A stretch of 64,000 nucleotides of DNA, from positions 12,278,001 through 12,342,000 of the forward strand of contig NC_087438.1 of the NCBI RefSeq assembly GCF_036321535.1, written 5' to 3'. The notes below the pieces were generated by a model. The model worked only from the letters and a program-made list of their open reading frames with translations, made no database searches and was not told the DNA's origin. This DNA is from Camelus dromedarius. Taxonomy: Eukaryota. Shown here one piece after another: positions 1 to 13,452 of this stretch. Position 1 is the stretch's first letter; every line of letters begins with the position of its first letter. Position numbers and translations under genes: made by a program.

Positions 1-1634
1 AAGTTTAACAGCACCTCTGGCTTCTTCTCACCGTATAACCCCCACCTCAAACATCCCCTTGGGACCCAAATTACCCCCATTGAGAGCCATCGATCAAAAG
101 GGAAGACAACTGTTTCAGCCTCACTGACATCCCACCTGGAAGTTAACTCATTAACTTCCAAGGACTAGATGGCAGATGCCAGCACGGCCAAAATCCCCTT
201 AATCATCTCTCCCAGCTTCTTCCTCCTCCACCCCCAGGTGCAAAGCTGACATCCCCCAACAACCCCATCTCCCAAACCAAGAGGTGCCAGAACGCTGTAG
301 ATGCTGCCAGTCCCCCTGCGAAGACGTCTCCTGACCCACCCTGCCTCCTCTCAACCCCCCTGGCTAACGTGGAGACAAACAGATAGTTGTATGCGGAATG
401 TAGAGACATTCGAGAACCTGGGAGAACATACCGGTTTCTAACAGACACTTGAAAACCTTCACTCCTTCTGCTTCTGCTCTTTGCTGACCTCTTCGTAACT
501 TTAGTATACGGTGGAGCACTGTCATCATCCTACTCTGCCTCTCAACTGGGAGACAGAGAACCAGCCGCCAGAGGAAACAGATAGGAGTGAGGTGGTCACA
601 GAAGCACCACAAAGGCTGGGAAAACCAAGAGAGAAAGTACCAAACGCTATGGAGGGGACCAAAGAAATGACCACTGGTCACTCAGCCCGAGGACTGACAG
701 ATCATTGGTGATTTTTTTTTTCATTAGAGTAATTTCCTGAAAAACAAAAAACCACAGGACAATTTCATCCGTCGGTAAATAAGGCCCAAGTGCTGCCACC
801 ACACCCAAAAGGATCACGCAGACGTTATCAAAAGACCTTTAATGCGGCAACACTTAAATAAGGAGATATATACTCCCTCTGTTTAAAAAAAAAAACCACA
901 GAATAAACAACTTCAGTGTGGAAAAAGGCAAGCAAAGTATATTTATGGTTTTGGCTTTTTAATGTATCTACTATGGGAAAAATACGGCACTTTCAGACCT
1001 CAGCTGCTGAGAAGACGACACATACAGCATTCATAAGCTTCTTTAAATGTAATAGAAAAACTTATTTTTATCCTTCTATTATCAAAAGGGTAAAAACTGA
1101 TGAATCACTTAAAACTAAAGCAAAAATCACCTCTGCATATTCTCTTAAGCAACCTTTACGCAGAAAAATCTGTAAATTCTTATCAGCTGGCGATACTTAA
1201 GGCAAATGACGAAACCAACATAAAACTAAGGACGCCTGTTAGATCACACACGTGAGCAAAGAAACTGACCCTCACAAGATGCGTTACAGGCTCCTGTGAA
1301 TGAGGCTACGATTAGGTTTTCTAAAGATGCTTTTACCTCTGGCCTATTTAAGTGGGGGTGTGCAGGGTATGGATAAACCATTTAAAGTAAGTTTATTAGT
1401 CAAACCAATTGAAAATTGAGGGACAAAGTGGCACCTGTGTTAACACCACGCTGACACTCTACTACAAGGACACAAAAGCCCATCTATTCCTGTCTCTCTA
1501 AATGTAGGCCTCTTGCCAGATAGAAATCAACATAAATCAGTATAAAAATACATTATATTTTAAAAATACATCAATAAACATAGACATTTTTATGCAGTGT
1601 GTTTTATACACATGTATATAAAATCAGAGCCAAC

Positions 1635-1880
1635 ACTGGACTATTATTCAGCTGTAAAACGGAACGAAGTCCTGGTACATGCTACCGAGTGGATTAAACT
1701 CAAGAACACACAAAATGAAAAAAATCAGACACAAAAGGCCATGGGGGGTGTAATACCATTTAAACGAAATACCCAGAAGAGGTAAATTCACAGAGACAAA
1801 AAACAAACTGGTGGTTTCCAGGGGCTGGGGGAGGGGTGAATGAGGAATGACTGTTCAGTGGGTTTGGGGTTTCATTTGAG
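1635..1880 (+). mobile_element. Old L1 3' end fragment (L1MB/L1MC-like)
   Basis: ctattattcagctgtaaaacggaacgaagtcctggtacatgc ... cacagagacaaa ... gtttccaggggctggggga; the ORF track shows YYSAVKRNEVLVHATEW, typical of the ORF2 C-terminus. Confidence 0.8.
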
Positions 1881-1889
1881 GGTTCAGTT

Positions 1890-2172
1890 AGGTCCTAAGG
1901 GTGAAGCCCTGATCCAACAGGACTAGTGCTCTCATATGAAGAAACAGCAGAGATCTCACTCACGCCTGAAACTCTCTCTGCCCCCATCTCCCCCCGACCC
2001 CTCATCCACGTGAGGCCACAACCAGAAGGCAGTCCGCAGCCAGACAGGAAGAGAGTCCTCACTAGAAACCAACCCCGCCAGCACCTTGATCGGCCTCCAG
2101 AACCACAGGAAAATAAATGCCTGTTGCTTAAGTCACCTAGTCCTATTTGGTGATGGCAGCCCAAGCTCAGAC
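1890..2172 (+). mobile_element. MaLR LTR fragment (MLT1A/C-like)
   Basis: gaaaccaaccccgccagcaccttgat...gcctccagaac...aataaatgcctgttgcttaagtcacctagt...gatggcagccc. Confidence 0.8.
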
Positions 2173-2234
2173 AGCAGAGTTCTGATCAAAACCATTTTCC
2201 AAACAGGAGCACGAGGCACCGAATTGTGACGGTC

Positions 2235-2330
2235 CAACCCATTTTATAAATGAGGACATGAGGGACTTGCCCAAGGTCACACACCCAGCAAGCAGCAGGA
2301 CAGCACCCGAACCCAAGCAGTGGGCTTCCA
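2235..2330 (-). mobile_element. MIR fragment
   Basis: cccattttataaatgagga...gacttgcccaaggtcacac, the MIR core in reverse. Confidence 0.65.
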
Positions 2331-5229
2331 CGACCTTCCCCTCCAAAGCACGCTCTGTGGGGAGGTGCTCAGCCTCGCTGAACGAACACTAAGTTCCAAA
2401 GAGGAATGGACAGAATCCTGGTATAGTGTCCAAGCCTCCAAATCTCACATCTCTGCAAAATTTTTTTTTAGAGTAAACTTTGAAACGTGAAAAATAAGCT
2501 TTCCCCCTCCAGAAAAGATAATCCAGCTTCTATCCCTGGCTCAGCCAAGTAAAACAAAGAATGGGTCCAAAAGACTGAATAATGCGAGGATCTACTCTGA
2601 AAATGCAGAAATTTAGCCTAGATCTCACCCTCACAGAACAGTTTCACAACACAGTAAATATTTTTTGGAAGCCAGCTAAAATGAACCCCAAGGAAAATAT
2701 ACACCATTTCAGTCCTTTCCCTTGCTCCCAAGTTAAGAAACATCTTCCTCACTATTCAGAGAGTACCAGCCCCAGTCAAGTTTGGCTTGGCCCACTCAGT
2801 AAAAACAAAATGTTCTGCATTCCTTGTCAACACTTTACAAACTGGGGACATCTTGCAGAAATCTACATTATCTGGTCTCTCTTTTAAAACTGGACCTGCC
2901 AAGACAGAGCCTTAATTCTTTCAGGTCTGTGAGCTGGTTAACCACAGTCCCCACCACTCCCTATAGTCCACAACCTGGATCATTTTACTCACCTTTCCTA
3001 CCTGCCAGCCCTGAATTTGCAAGCCTTTTACATAGTGCCTCACACAGTCTGGGTCTCAAGACAGGTTCTGAAAAATGCATTATTTTGTACATAATGCCTC
3101 CATTCAGAGTAAGCTTTTGAAGGGAAGTGTTTAAATTATTTAATGGGCTTGTCAAGCAGTGCTCTTAATTAAACTTGGCTCAAATCAAAAGAAAATGAGT
3201 ATGTTTTTAGACCCAGCTTGGGTACGATACATTAAATCATATCTTAATTCTGACCAAATGGCAGAATAAAGCCCTTTTTAAAAGCATGAATTTTAGCCAC
3301 CCAAGTGAGTAAGTATTCCATTTATAGCTGCCAGGGGTTAAGCCTTCCAACATCTTTCACCCACCACCCTGCCCCACCACTCACACACACGCCCCATGTC
3401 ACCGCCTCGATATTGAATTTCAGCCTCCAGCAAGTCAGACTTTTTCCATTAGTTTGGTTTGGGATGAATTCTGAGCTGTAGGCACGCTTCCTGGCCAGCT
3501 GCCAAATGAACACCAGAATGCAAAGAAATTGTTTATTCCTCAGAAAATAAAGAACTGATTCTATCTTCTCTTTGGTTTTCATAAAGTTCACCAAAAAGGA
3601 GCCTGCATTTCTCACGATGCGTCCATTCTGTTGTGATTGATGTCTTAACCCAAATCTCAAAATTAGCTGCTTTCTCCCCAGCTAAAAAACTATTCTCTTC
3701 AGAATTGAAAGGTGCTAGAAACAATTTTTTTAAAGGTACAAGCAGTTATCAGTATCCTCTGAACACGTTTGCCCATTAATTGGAAAAATCCAAACCCTGA
3801 GAAACAATCAACTCGCCTTTGACTCGCAATAGACCAGACAGCTGTAAGCTTGGTATGTTTGGAAGGAATCCAGGCCTTTGTGCCAGGAATTACTTGCCAA
3901 CGTTTTAAACTGTGACTTTCTGCCTCTCCTTGCGCAGCCACCTGAAACTCAAGACTGAATGATTAATTTCAAGTTTCATCCCCGGTGTCAGAGAACCTCC
4001 TTCTTCAAGGTCTGTGAATGAAGTCATCTTTTGGAGAAACTGCACCTGTAGGGTGGATCCTCTAGCCGAAGAAGGAAGAGGGGAATCTGTCATCATGGAG
4101 ATGCCCCAGGATGGCAACGAGTCAGAGACTAGGGAGGAGGCCAGGAGGGGCCGGCTCCACGCAGAAGCAAGATCAACCCTGAGCAGTGGCCGGTGGTCAG
4201 AGCAGGGTCAGAGGTGTGATGTGGGATCTGGGCATGGCCAGGGGACCACAAGATCTGGAGTCAGAACAAGAGAGACGAGCTGGAACTACAATTCATGTGC
4301 ACATATGAAAGTTCAGAACTGAGGATGGAAAAATCAGAGCTCCAAGTACAAAAGGCAAAGCAAAGCCTAGCCCTGCAGGTGGGGGAGGGAGCCCCCAGGC
4401 ACAGAAGGGTCACCAGTAGAAGGAATTACCTCCATAATGTGGGTTGCTTTCCGCACCTCAATGTTGAAAACTTTAATCATCATCTCAGTCAAGGCAAGAA
4501 ACAATAAACCACACTCAGCCAACCCCCAGCTTCTTAAAGGAAGCAGGTCCCTGGGAACATGAACTTGGGCAGTTAAGTTAGGTCAAGTAAGGCAGAGGCA
4601 CACTAGCAACTTCTGTCTGACCTCAAGGAAACGATAAAGACTTAATATTCCAATGTGAGGGCGGCTGGGCCAAGAAAGCTCACCGCTGATCCCACCTGCT
4701 GGCCGCACAGCCACTTTAATGATTCTGTGACCACATTTCCAAGGACCTTCATGAGTGTCTGCTAGACCATTCTATGAAGCTCACAGGCCCATTTGTACAA
4801 GAACCTGAATATCCACTCAGTGAATCTATGCTGTCAGAGAGTGGCCAGCAAAATGTCCACGACCATCTCCCAGCTGGGACCAGTGATGTCCCAGGAAGCC
4901 TACGTGGTCCATCAATGTCACTGTTAATTCTGCAGACTGGTTATTTCTGCTGAGTCCACAATTTTTGTTTTGCCTATTTGCAAATAGTGACTTTCTAGCC
5001 CCAGAAATGCCCTATGTTCAAGGAAGTCTGAGACAAAACACACCCTCGACTGTGTACAGGAGCCATGAAAATAACCTTGAAATAGAGTCACTACCAAGCG
5101 TGGGATTCTGTGTCACTAGGAAAAGTTCACACATTCGACGAAACCCACAGCAGTCTTCCAGACTGGCAATCCGTCTGGCTGGGAGAACCATGATAAGCCC
5201 TGGAGATATCAACCTGGAGGAGAAGGAAT

Positions 5230-5435
5230 GAACACGCAGGCTCTGGAATCAGGCAAGAGACCTGGCATCTCGTCTACTAGCTGCGGGGCTTGACTGGGCA
5301 CTTAAGCCCTCTAAGCCGCAGGCTGTTCAACTCCACATGGGATTGACTTTACTTGCTAACATGCAGAGCATTCAACGAGGTGACGTACAGAAAAGGCTCA
5401 GCATGGCACATGGCAACAAATAAGTGTCTCATCAA
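5230..5435 (+). mobile_element. MIR
   Basis: ggctctggaatcaggc...cacttaagccctctaagcc...agcatggcacatgg. Confidence 0.65.
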
Positions 5436-6239
5436 TGTCCACTACTATTGCTGTTGTCAGTTTTAGAGGTCTGTAGCTTCTTGGTAAATCTGAGGGAACT
5501 TTTAAGGTGAAGCAACTGATCAAGTGCACTTCCCAGCGTCCTCTGGTGCCCCCTCCGTGGAGTCACGGTCTCAGGAGGGCAGGAGTGGGAATCCCACCTA
5601 CAGTGAGGTGACAGCTTTAGCACAGCCTTGGTCTCACAAGGATCCCAGCCCATCACACTCCTGCTGGCACAGCTGCACCACGTTGCAGTCCATCAACATC
5701 GGTCTTTTTGACGAGCAGTTATCTCTGAAGCAAAGAAATCACTCGCCATACTCCAGTATCTTATCATTAATCTGAATTAACCAAGCTGGTGAATAAGGAT
5801 GCGGTGCATGTCCCTCACCATGAATGGCTTGGTCCAGAGCGGTAAGTTCAAGCTTTGGTGATGATGTCATTGCTGTAGCCTCATTACCAACCTATCAAGC
5901 CCAGATTTCTATCATGAACCATGTTCAGAGTCCTTAATGCCACGGCAGGGTCAGTTAATGCCCAACAAATTATCCACTTAGTATATTAATGTTGTGTTAG
6001 ACAGTGCTGTGGACTCTTGTTCTAGCAAATTAAGTATCCCATTTGGAGCCCTGAGGAGTCTTTATTTAACTGATTCTCAAGCAACAAACAAAACATGTAC
6101 AACACTAAAGTTCATCAAGAAAGATGTCTCACCAGGTTAAAAAGCAACAAAGTCAATAGATAATAAGAGTATTTCCTTTTTTCGTCCAGCTGCCAGAGGT
6201 GGGGGAAAAGGTGAGGAGAAACATGAAAGGAACTCACTC

Positions 6240-6343
6240 CTACCATGCTGTATACTTTAAATATCTTACAATTTTATATGTCAATTATACCTCATTAAAC
6301 CAAAACTAAAAAGAGAGAGAGAGAGAGAAAAAAAAAAAAAAAA
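6240..6343 (+). mobile_element. L1 3' terminus with (GA)n and poly(A) tail
   Basis: tgctgtatactttaaatatcttacaattttatatgtcaattatacctc followed by an A-rich tail. Confidence 0.7.
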
Positions 6344-7268
6344 CCCACCCCACTCCTAAACCATAGATTAAATCCAGGAACTTTAAGATGAACCCAACCT
6401 AATTTCCCTCCTGCCTGAAGGTTTGATGAGAATAAGGGTGTGAACTTGTAAGTCATCTTTCACTGATTTTCAGCCAATAAAAGTTTTGCCTGCTGAGCCA
6501 AATGTCCTTACGAAGCTTTCGGTGATTCATTACCGTGTCTTGCAATTAAACATCACGCTAGGTGAAAATGAAGCGGAAAGAAAAAGCACACTCACTCATC
6601 AAAACTGGGAGAAGCGGAAAAGAAAAGAGAAGGTGTGGAATTTGTTGGTAAAGGTTCATTTATCCTGCTCAAAGAGGCTGCCTCTTGTATTACAAGGGTT
6701 GCTACCCCAAGCGCTTAGTGATTGAAATAATCAAATGACAGGCGAGGTCCAGAGAGCAGAGGGCAGATCTCGAATGCTGGCCCCTGCTAGCTTTCTTTCA
6801 TCCCAGAAATACACACATCTGTTTCCTGGGCTTCCGTGACCAAACCTGCCCTAATGCCTATTCCTTTTGCTTTTTAGGATAAATGGAAGCTCATTGTTCA
6901 GGTCTAGAAAAATTACTTTATATCCCACTATATAAATATACAGGTTTGTTTATAACACACACATTTTATTTATTTTTCGCTAATGCCACAGAAACATTTT
7001 GGAATAAAGATAAAACTATAATAAGATATGACTATAGACCTAGATACATAATATAACTAAGCTATAATATAATTCAGATTATATTATACAATATAATTAA
7101 ATTAAATTAATTCAATAATATTACAATAAATTAAAAATAAGATGACTATATCATAGATACACCCCCACCCCATAAAAAGGAGGTTGCTTTAGTAGCAACA
7201 ACTTTAGTTAGAAAACATGGAAAATTAAAATACAGAGGGGGATATGGAATCAAGTCAATCTTCTCCCT

Positions 7269-7486
7269 CAGGGCTTCTCAGTCTTGCCACTGTTGACACG
7301 TGGACTGAATCAATTTGTATTGCGTGGGACTGCCCTGTGCTTCTAGGATGTTCAAGAGCATCCCTGGTTTCTTCCCACTCAATGCCAGGAATCCCCTCCC
7401 CACACTGACAGTAACAAGCAAAAATGTCTCTGGACTTTGCTAAATGTCCCTAGGGAGGCAAAACTGCCCCCTGTTGAGAATCACTA
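7269..7486 (-). mobile_element. MER20 (hAT-Charlie MITE), near full length
   Basis: The reverse complement matches the recalled MER20 consensus (gggactgccctgtgcttctaggatgtt...catccctgg...aaaatgtctctggactttgc...gttgagaatcact). Confidence 0.85.
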
Positions 7487-8479
7487 CTTTACCTAAAACA
7501 TAATTACATCCTTCATAATGTACCCAGACCCTGGCAATGTCCAGAGTGTCCACTTAATGACAAAGAATGTATGTGCTGATCCAGCCAGGCTAGTGCTTTT
7601 CTTTTTAAACTGCAAACTCTGTACCTCCTTAGGAATGAAAAACATTAGCAGCTACTATCATCACCGCCTTAACTGGATTACAGCTCGGCAAAGTTGATTT
7701 CAATGTAGACCATTATCTACCTGTTAAAAAATCTCACATCAGTTGAAGGAAGGTCGATACCTAAAATAGTTTAAAATTTTAGGCTGTAAGCCTGAAACTG
7801 CTCTCAAAGAATAAAGTCTCTATTAAAATAAAAAAAAAAAAGTAGTAGTACCCCTAAACTTGAATGAAACAGCACTTCATCTATACCTGCTGAGGAAGAT
7901 GTGAGCAGCCGAAATGCCAGCTGAGTGCCACTTACATCTACAGGAGACAGAGCAATCAGCTCCACAGATGACAAGCAAGATTCTCAAACTGCATATAGAT
8001 TCCAAAGCAAACAAGCCTTCTTCCAACATCACTTCATGGGAATCTGGACTTCATCAGAAACAGACAAAGCCAAGAAAAATGACTTAGGAAATTCAGTGTG
8101 ACCTTTGCCTTCAGTGGAGATGCTCCCCAGAAACCTACAAGAATTTCATTGAAACCATTCTCTGCATTGTCTCTCAGAAGAGAACTCCTGCTATTCCTGT
8201 CACTCAGGATGAATGTCCAGTTGCTGCTGTCCCAGGAGCAATCAGAAGGACTGTGTCTTTGCTTTGTTTGATTATAGGAAAATTTCTACCCCTTGTTGCA
8301 GTCGTTGGCAAATTAGGTCATTTTTCTTAGGCTTGTATCACGTGACTTTGGTCGGCTCTCTGAGCAGCAGCAAACACACACTCCCAAAGCTCTCCACACA
8401 GATTCTATCCTCACCTCCTACGTGAACTACTGCCATCACCTCCAAATGAATTCAGGTGCCATGTGGCAGTCTATCTTTG

Positions 8480-8670
8480 GGTCCAAACTCTGGTTCTACC
8501 ACTTCCCAGTTGTGTGAACTTAGGCAAATGACTTAACTTCTCTAAGACTCTGTATTTTCATATGCGCAATGGCATCAACCGTATAAAACTACTGGGCAGA
8601 TTAAATGAATTAACCCAAGTTGAGACTTTAGCACAGTCTCAGCCCCTGGTGAGTGATCAATAAACTTTTG
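8480..8670 (+). mobile_element. MIR
   Basis: tctggttctaccacttcccagttgtgtgaacttaggcaaatgacttaacttctct. Confidence 0.75.
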
Positions 8671-11599
8671 CAAGTTAAAAAACTGCATAAAAGGAAATGC
8701 AGACGGCACGGATGATGCAATGGCCAAGCCACAGTGCAGAGTTCCATGTATTCAAATTGTTACCAAAATCCTACACTATAGTAAGTCCTAAATCTACGTA
8801 TTTCCTCCTTGGACAAATAAGCCATTGACTTGCATTAGAGAACACTGCTAGAGTCTACATTTTCTTTTCTTTAAAAGGTAATTTTGTCCAAAGCTGGGTG
8901 TGATAAAGGATATACCATTTTTTAAATTAGCTTCTAAAATTCCGCTTTCCTTGAGGAAACAGCTATTCAATTTCATCAAACATTTTATGATAATGCAAAA
9001 GAACACCCTCAAGGGACCTTTTATTCTTCTAAAGCTATATCCTATTTCCTTGTTTCACACGCACATACCAACTCCAGAGATTCCCACTGAGGGATCTGGT
9101 GGAGGCTTAAGGGGATTTTAAGAGACTCAAAAGACATAACCTAAGTGATAACGTGGTATTTCCGACCCCATCCTCTCGTGGTAGGCCCTGGGTAAAGTAA
9201 CCTAGTTCTCTGTGCCTCAGGGTAAAAGGAATCTACTGGATGTCTCAAAGGTAATAGGTGAGTAAAGACGAGGTTACATTCCATGTGAAGAGCCATCTGA
9301 ACTCCTTGAAAGGGATTTTTTTCCATTTCAGAATCACCCTTTCTTCACACTGCATACAATCCACAAAAAAGTGAGGCCTAAGGCAGCCAAGCTAGATGGA
9401 TTTGTGCTCCCCATTTTTACTCTTAGAGCTGATGGCTTGTGTTTGAATTTTCTATGGTAAAATATTGGAAAATAATGGCTATGGTGAGAAGACAGATGCA
9501 CAAATTACCCCTCACAACATATGCAAAGAGCCCCAGACCTGCTTACTCTCCAAAATACTGTACAGCAGAAGCCAGTCCTAATTTCACAACCAAGAGCTCG
9601 TTCTAATCGATGTTTTTCCTTCTGATATGTACGATGAAAAACAGGAGATATAAAAATACTTAGAGAAAAGAGACACTGGTCTTTTCGAAGAGAACCTTAA
9701 GAGAACATGGTTTTAGAAACTAAAATACAGTAAGCTCACCTCCCAGATCTGCCCAAAGGCACGAAGGAAATTGTTACAGCTGAAAAAGCTATGCTAACCA
9801 GAGAAGCAGCCAAGAATTTCAGTGCTCCTCAAGGTCTGAAGATTGCCAGAACTTACGGTCCACACCTGACTTCATATCCTTGAAGTTGAACTTGGCATCT
9901 ATTTTGGAGAGAATCCCCAAAGGAATGAAAATCTTATGGAAACGCAGTAAACCTAGAATTAATAAGGCAGTTTTCTGATGACCCCATCCTAACAATGCAA
10001 GTCTTGTGTAGAAAGGTGGGGAGTCTGCTTCCAACTTTTATCTTCTTAGGAAACTGTAAGCAGCTCAGAAATACTGCCTAGGAAAGACTGCTTCTGTACG
10101 GCAAACAATACATCTACTAGATGTGTGCAAAAGCCTTTAGGCAGCATGGCCTTGATAAAACGCTTCATTCCCACACCAACAGCCTGCCTTAGTCAGAAAG
10201 CACGATGCTAAATCAAACATATATATGTATTACATATATACACATACACGTTCGTATGTACACACATATACATACATGATATATTAATCTCCTATATATA
10301 AACCATTTTAAACCAAAAAAAAAATTATCTTTTACACTTGAGAAGTAACAGCTTACCTACTTGCTGCAGAAACACTAGTCACACTCCACACCATAAACTT
10401 GGTGGAAAAAACAAGACCAAGTGGACAATGGTCACAGAAAACAGGAGTTACCACAAAAGGAAATCCTTATGTAGAGAAACCCTGTGACGTACACCCTAGG
10501 TGGTGGGAGCGGAGCACACGCGGCTCCCAAGGGCTCAGGGCTCACTCTCAGCTCAGATTCTCATTAGGAAAGGAAGAGGGTGGCAGTCAGGGGACCTGGG
10601 TGAGACAGCAGACCACAGGAGGCTGGCTCAGAAACCGGCGGTGAGCATCAGGGGAGTTCAGACTGCATGTCCTCCGGCTGGGGGAGCTGTCAAGTGGTCC
10701 CTCGCCCCAGGGATTAAAGAGGTAAAAAGAGTTCCTCTTCATGGGATTTACCTAAGTTTTCTCCCCCTGTGCCCAAGGCATGGGGCCAGAAACAGCAAGG
10801 AAGAGCCCGCGCCCAGTATAATATCTGGGAGATACTCCCCTTGCTTCTCTACTGGGCCCATTCACTGGGCATTCCTCCCCAACAGGCAAGACTCAGGACC
10901 AGAGCAAAGGCAAGGACCCCCAACCCTGCACCCCTAGGCTCCCAGCAGAGTGCATTCTCGGGTCTGTGCAGGGTGACAAGCCTTTGGCTGGAGGCTGTGC
11001 CTTGTCTCCTCCACCCTCTCTGCTCACACCTTCCACCCAGATGACCCCTCCCTGCTACCACCACTACACACCCAACTCGAGTCAGGACACCTTCCGTGGC
11101 CTTGGAAGTCTGGACATACATCAAAGAAACCCCCTTCCGTCCGGGCCTGCTGAGATACTGATGGATGACCAGAATATCTTGTCGCACTTTTGTTCAGCGT
11201 CCCAAGAAGTCTGGGCTCTACTGAATGTCACCATCCATTTGCTCACCTGGCTGGTCCACGTGGGGCTGTCACCTGTTAAGATTGCGACCTTGACAGCCCA
11301 GCCATCAAAAGTTATTGATTTCATGAAACTTCTGTCTCAGGGAAAGAGAGCACGAGTAGGAATCTGCTAGCTGGCAAGATGATAAGCAAGAGTTCAAATG
11401 CACTAGTTCTGACCAAACCGACCTTGAACTACTTGAGACAGTTACAAATCAAAAAAGTCTTTGACAACAGCACTTAAATCCACTACAAGGAATAAACCAG
11501 AAGGCCCACGAGAGTCTGAGCTCTCAACAGCCACGAAACAAACAGAGCAACTTATTACACAAATAACTGCGAGCCTCAGAATGATAATGGATGTCAGCA

Positions 11600-12346
11600 C
11601 AGGTATCAGAAGGGTACCCATACACTGGGATAGCAGTGAGCAATAAAATGCAACAACCACGGATGCCCAAAACACGGGTGGGTCTCCAGGGCATGGGTGA
11701 AAAATGCCAACCTCACAGGATTTACACCGATTCCATTTCTGTAAGAGTCTCAAATGACAAAATGATAGAGAACAGATTAGTGGTAACTAGGGCCTGGGGG
11801 GAGAGTGGGACTATTTCTTGGGGGGGTAACACAAAAATGGGGGGAATTCTGTAGTATGATTGTGCTGGTGGTTGCACGGAACTGTACTGTGATAACATTG
11901 CTTAGAACTACACACGTGTGCATACAAATGAGTGGATGTAAAAACTGGTGAAATCAAGACACAGAAAACAAACTTCTGGTTACCAAAGGGGAAAAGGGAG
12001 GGAAGAGGGATAAATTAGGAGTTTGGGATTAGCAGATACAAACCACTATATACAGAACAGATAAACAATAAGGTTTTCTGTATAGCACAGGAAACCATAT
12101 TCAATAACTTGTAATAACCTACAATGAAAAACAATATGAAAAATATATATACGTATGACTGAATCACTATGTTGTTCTCCAGAAATTAACACTACATTAA
12201 CTACACTTTCCTGGCTGACATCCTGTACTCCTGTTACCTATTGTTATATAAGATGTCACAACCAGGGAAGCTGGGTGACAGGTACACAGGACCTCCCTGT
12301 ATTATTCTGGCAATATCTGAGTCTATATTAAAAAAAAAAAAAAAAA
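11600..12346 (+). mobile_element. L1MC-like 3' end interrupted by a younger L1 3' end
   Basis: Old L1 3' UTR motifs (attccatttctgtaa...gagaacagattagtggt...aaaactggtgaaatc) resume at ~12209 (agatgtcacaaccagggaagctgggtgacaggtacacaggacctc) and end in poly(A). Confidence 0.7.
11958..12208 (+). mobile_element. Cetartiodactyl-type L1 3' end
   Basis: gacacagaaaacaaacttctggttaccaaagggg...ggataaattaggagtttgggattagcagatac...tatagcacagg...gaatcactat. Confidence 0.85.
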
Positions 12347-12828
12347 GGCAAAGCATGCCAGAATAAAATTGTACAAAATACATGGGGGAGAGGGCAATAG
12401 ATACAACTTACCTCAACATGTTCTCAAAACTTGGAGAAGATATTATCTCCTTCTTTCTTAGTAGAGAACAACTATCATTTTGATTACTCAGTAAAATAAA
12501 TATTTCTCCCATGCTTTATGGTGAGGACTCTGGGAACCAGATTTAAAACACCAGAAGGGAGACCAACAAAAGCCCTCGGGGCAGATGGCACAGCTGGAAG
12601 TAAATATTCCAACCAGACACAACTTAGACGATAAATCGCGTCTAAGTATCCAAGTCTCACGGGGAGAGTTTGGATCCTAAGTTGAATAAAATTTTCACAC
12701 TGATAACTGCGGGGTCCCCATCACCCGAGGGGTGAAGAGTCATCAGAAATCAGCACAAATAAGGAGGGTGATGAAAGTCCCAGCAGAATCCAAATTTAAG
12801 CTCTGGCCATCAAAGCTTGAACATGACG

Positions 12829-13074
12829 CTATGATTCTCAGCTACAGCGATTTTGCATCCATCCCCCTACGTCCCTCCCCCTGGAGACACCTGCAAGGTC
12901 TGGAGATGCTTTTGGCTGTCACAGTTTTGGGGGGTGGAGGGGTGCGAGTGCCACTGGCATCTCAGGATCAGAGGCCAGGGATGCTGCTTCACGCCCTACA
13001 ATGCACAGGACAGCTCCGAGCTACAACGACCGATCCAGCCGAAATGTCCAGAGTCCTGAGGCTGAGGAGACCTA
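12829..13074 (+). mobile_element. MER20
   Basis: gattttgc...gtctggagatgcttttggctgtcac...actggcatct...agaggccagggatgctgc...ctacaatgcacaggacagc. Confidence 0.85.
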
Positions 13075-13292
13075 GAAAGAGGGCACACTTGCCCACATCC
13101 GAAAATCTGAGGCTGGAAAAATTTCCACACTGGAGATGCACCTTGGCCCTTAGCACACATCAATAAAAGAACAAAATGTGGGCAGAAATAAACAGAAGCA
13201 AACCTGTATTAAATGACCACAGTATGCATCGTAAAAGGTGGAGTGTCATTTTCACCCAGCACTCAACACTTCCATTTTTTAAAGTCTGTGGA

Positions 13293-13452
13293 GGGGGAGG
13301 GTATAGCTCAAGTGGTAGAGCACATGCTTAGATGCACGATGTCCTTGGTTCAATCCCCAGTACCTCCTCTAAAAGTAAAAAATAAACCTAATTTATACAT
13401 AAACCTCCTCCCCCAAAAAAATAAAATTAAAAAAAAATTTTTTTAAAATAAC
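13293..13452 (+). mobile_element. tRNA-Ala-derived SINE (camelid vic-1-like)
   Basis: gggggagggtatagctcaagtggtagag (A box) and ggttcaatcccc (B box), A-rich tail, 12-bp TSD aaagtc(tg/ca)tgga. Confidence 0.9.

Noticed and set aside
7000..7160. Very AT-rich stretch with repeated aataagatatgactata-like motifs
   Set aside because: Low-complexity sequence with no supportable function.
10399..11370. Cluster of 80-145 aa ORFs in intron 1
   Set aside because: No recognisable protein family, exon structure or retrocopy hallmarks; a database search would be needed to exclude a decayed element.
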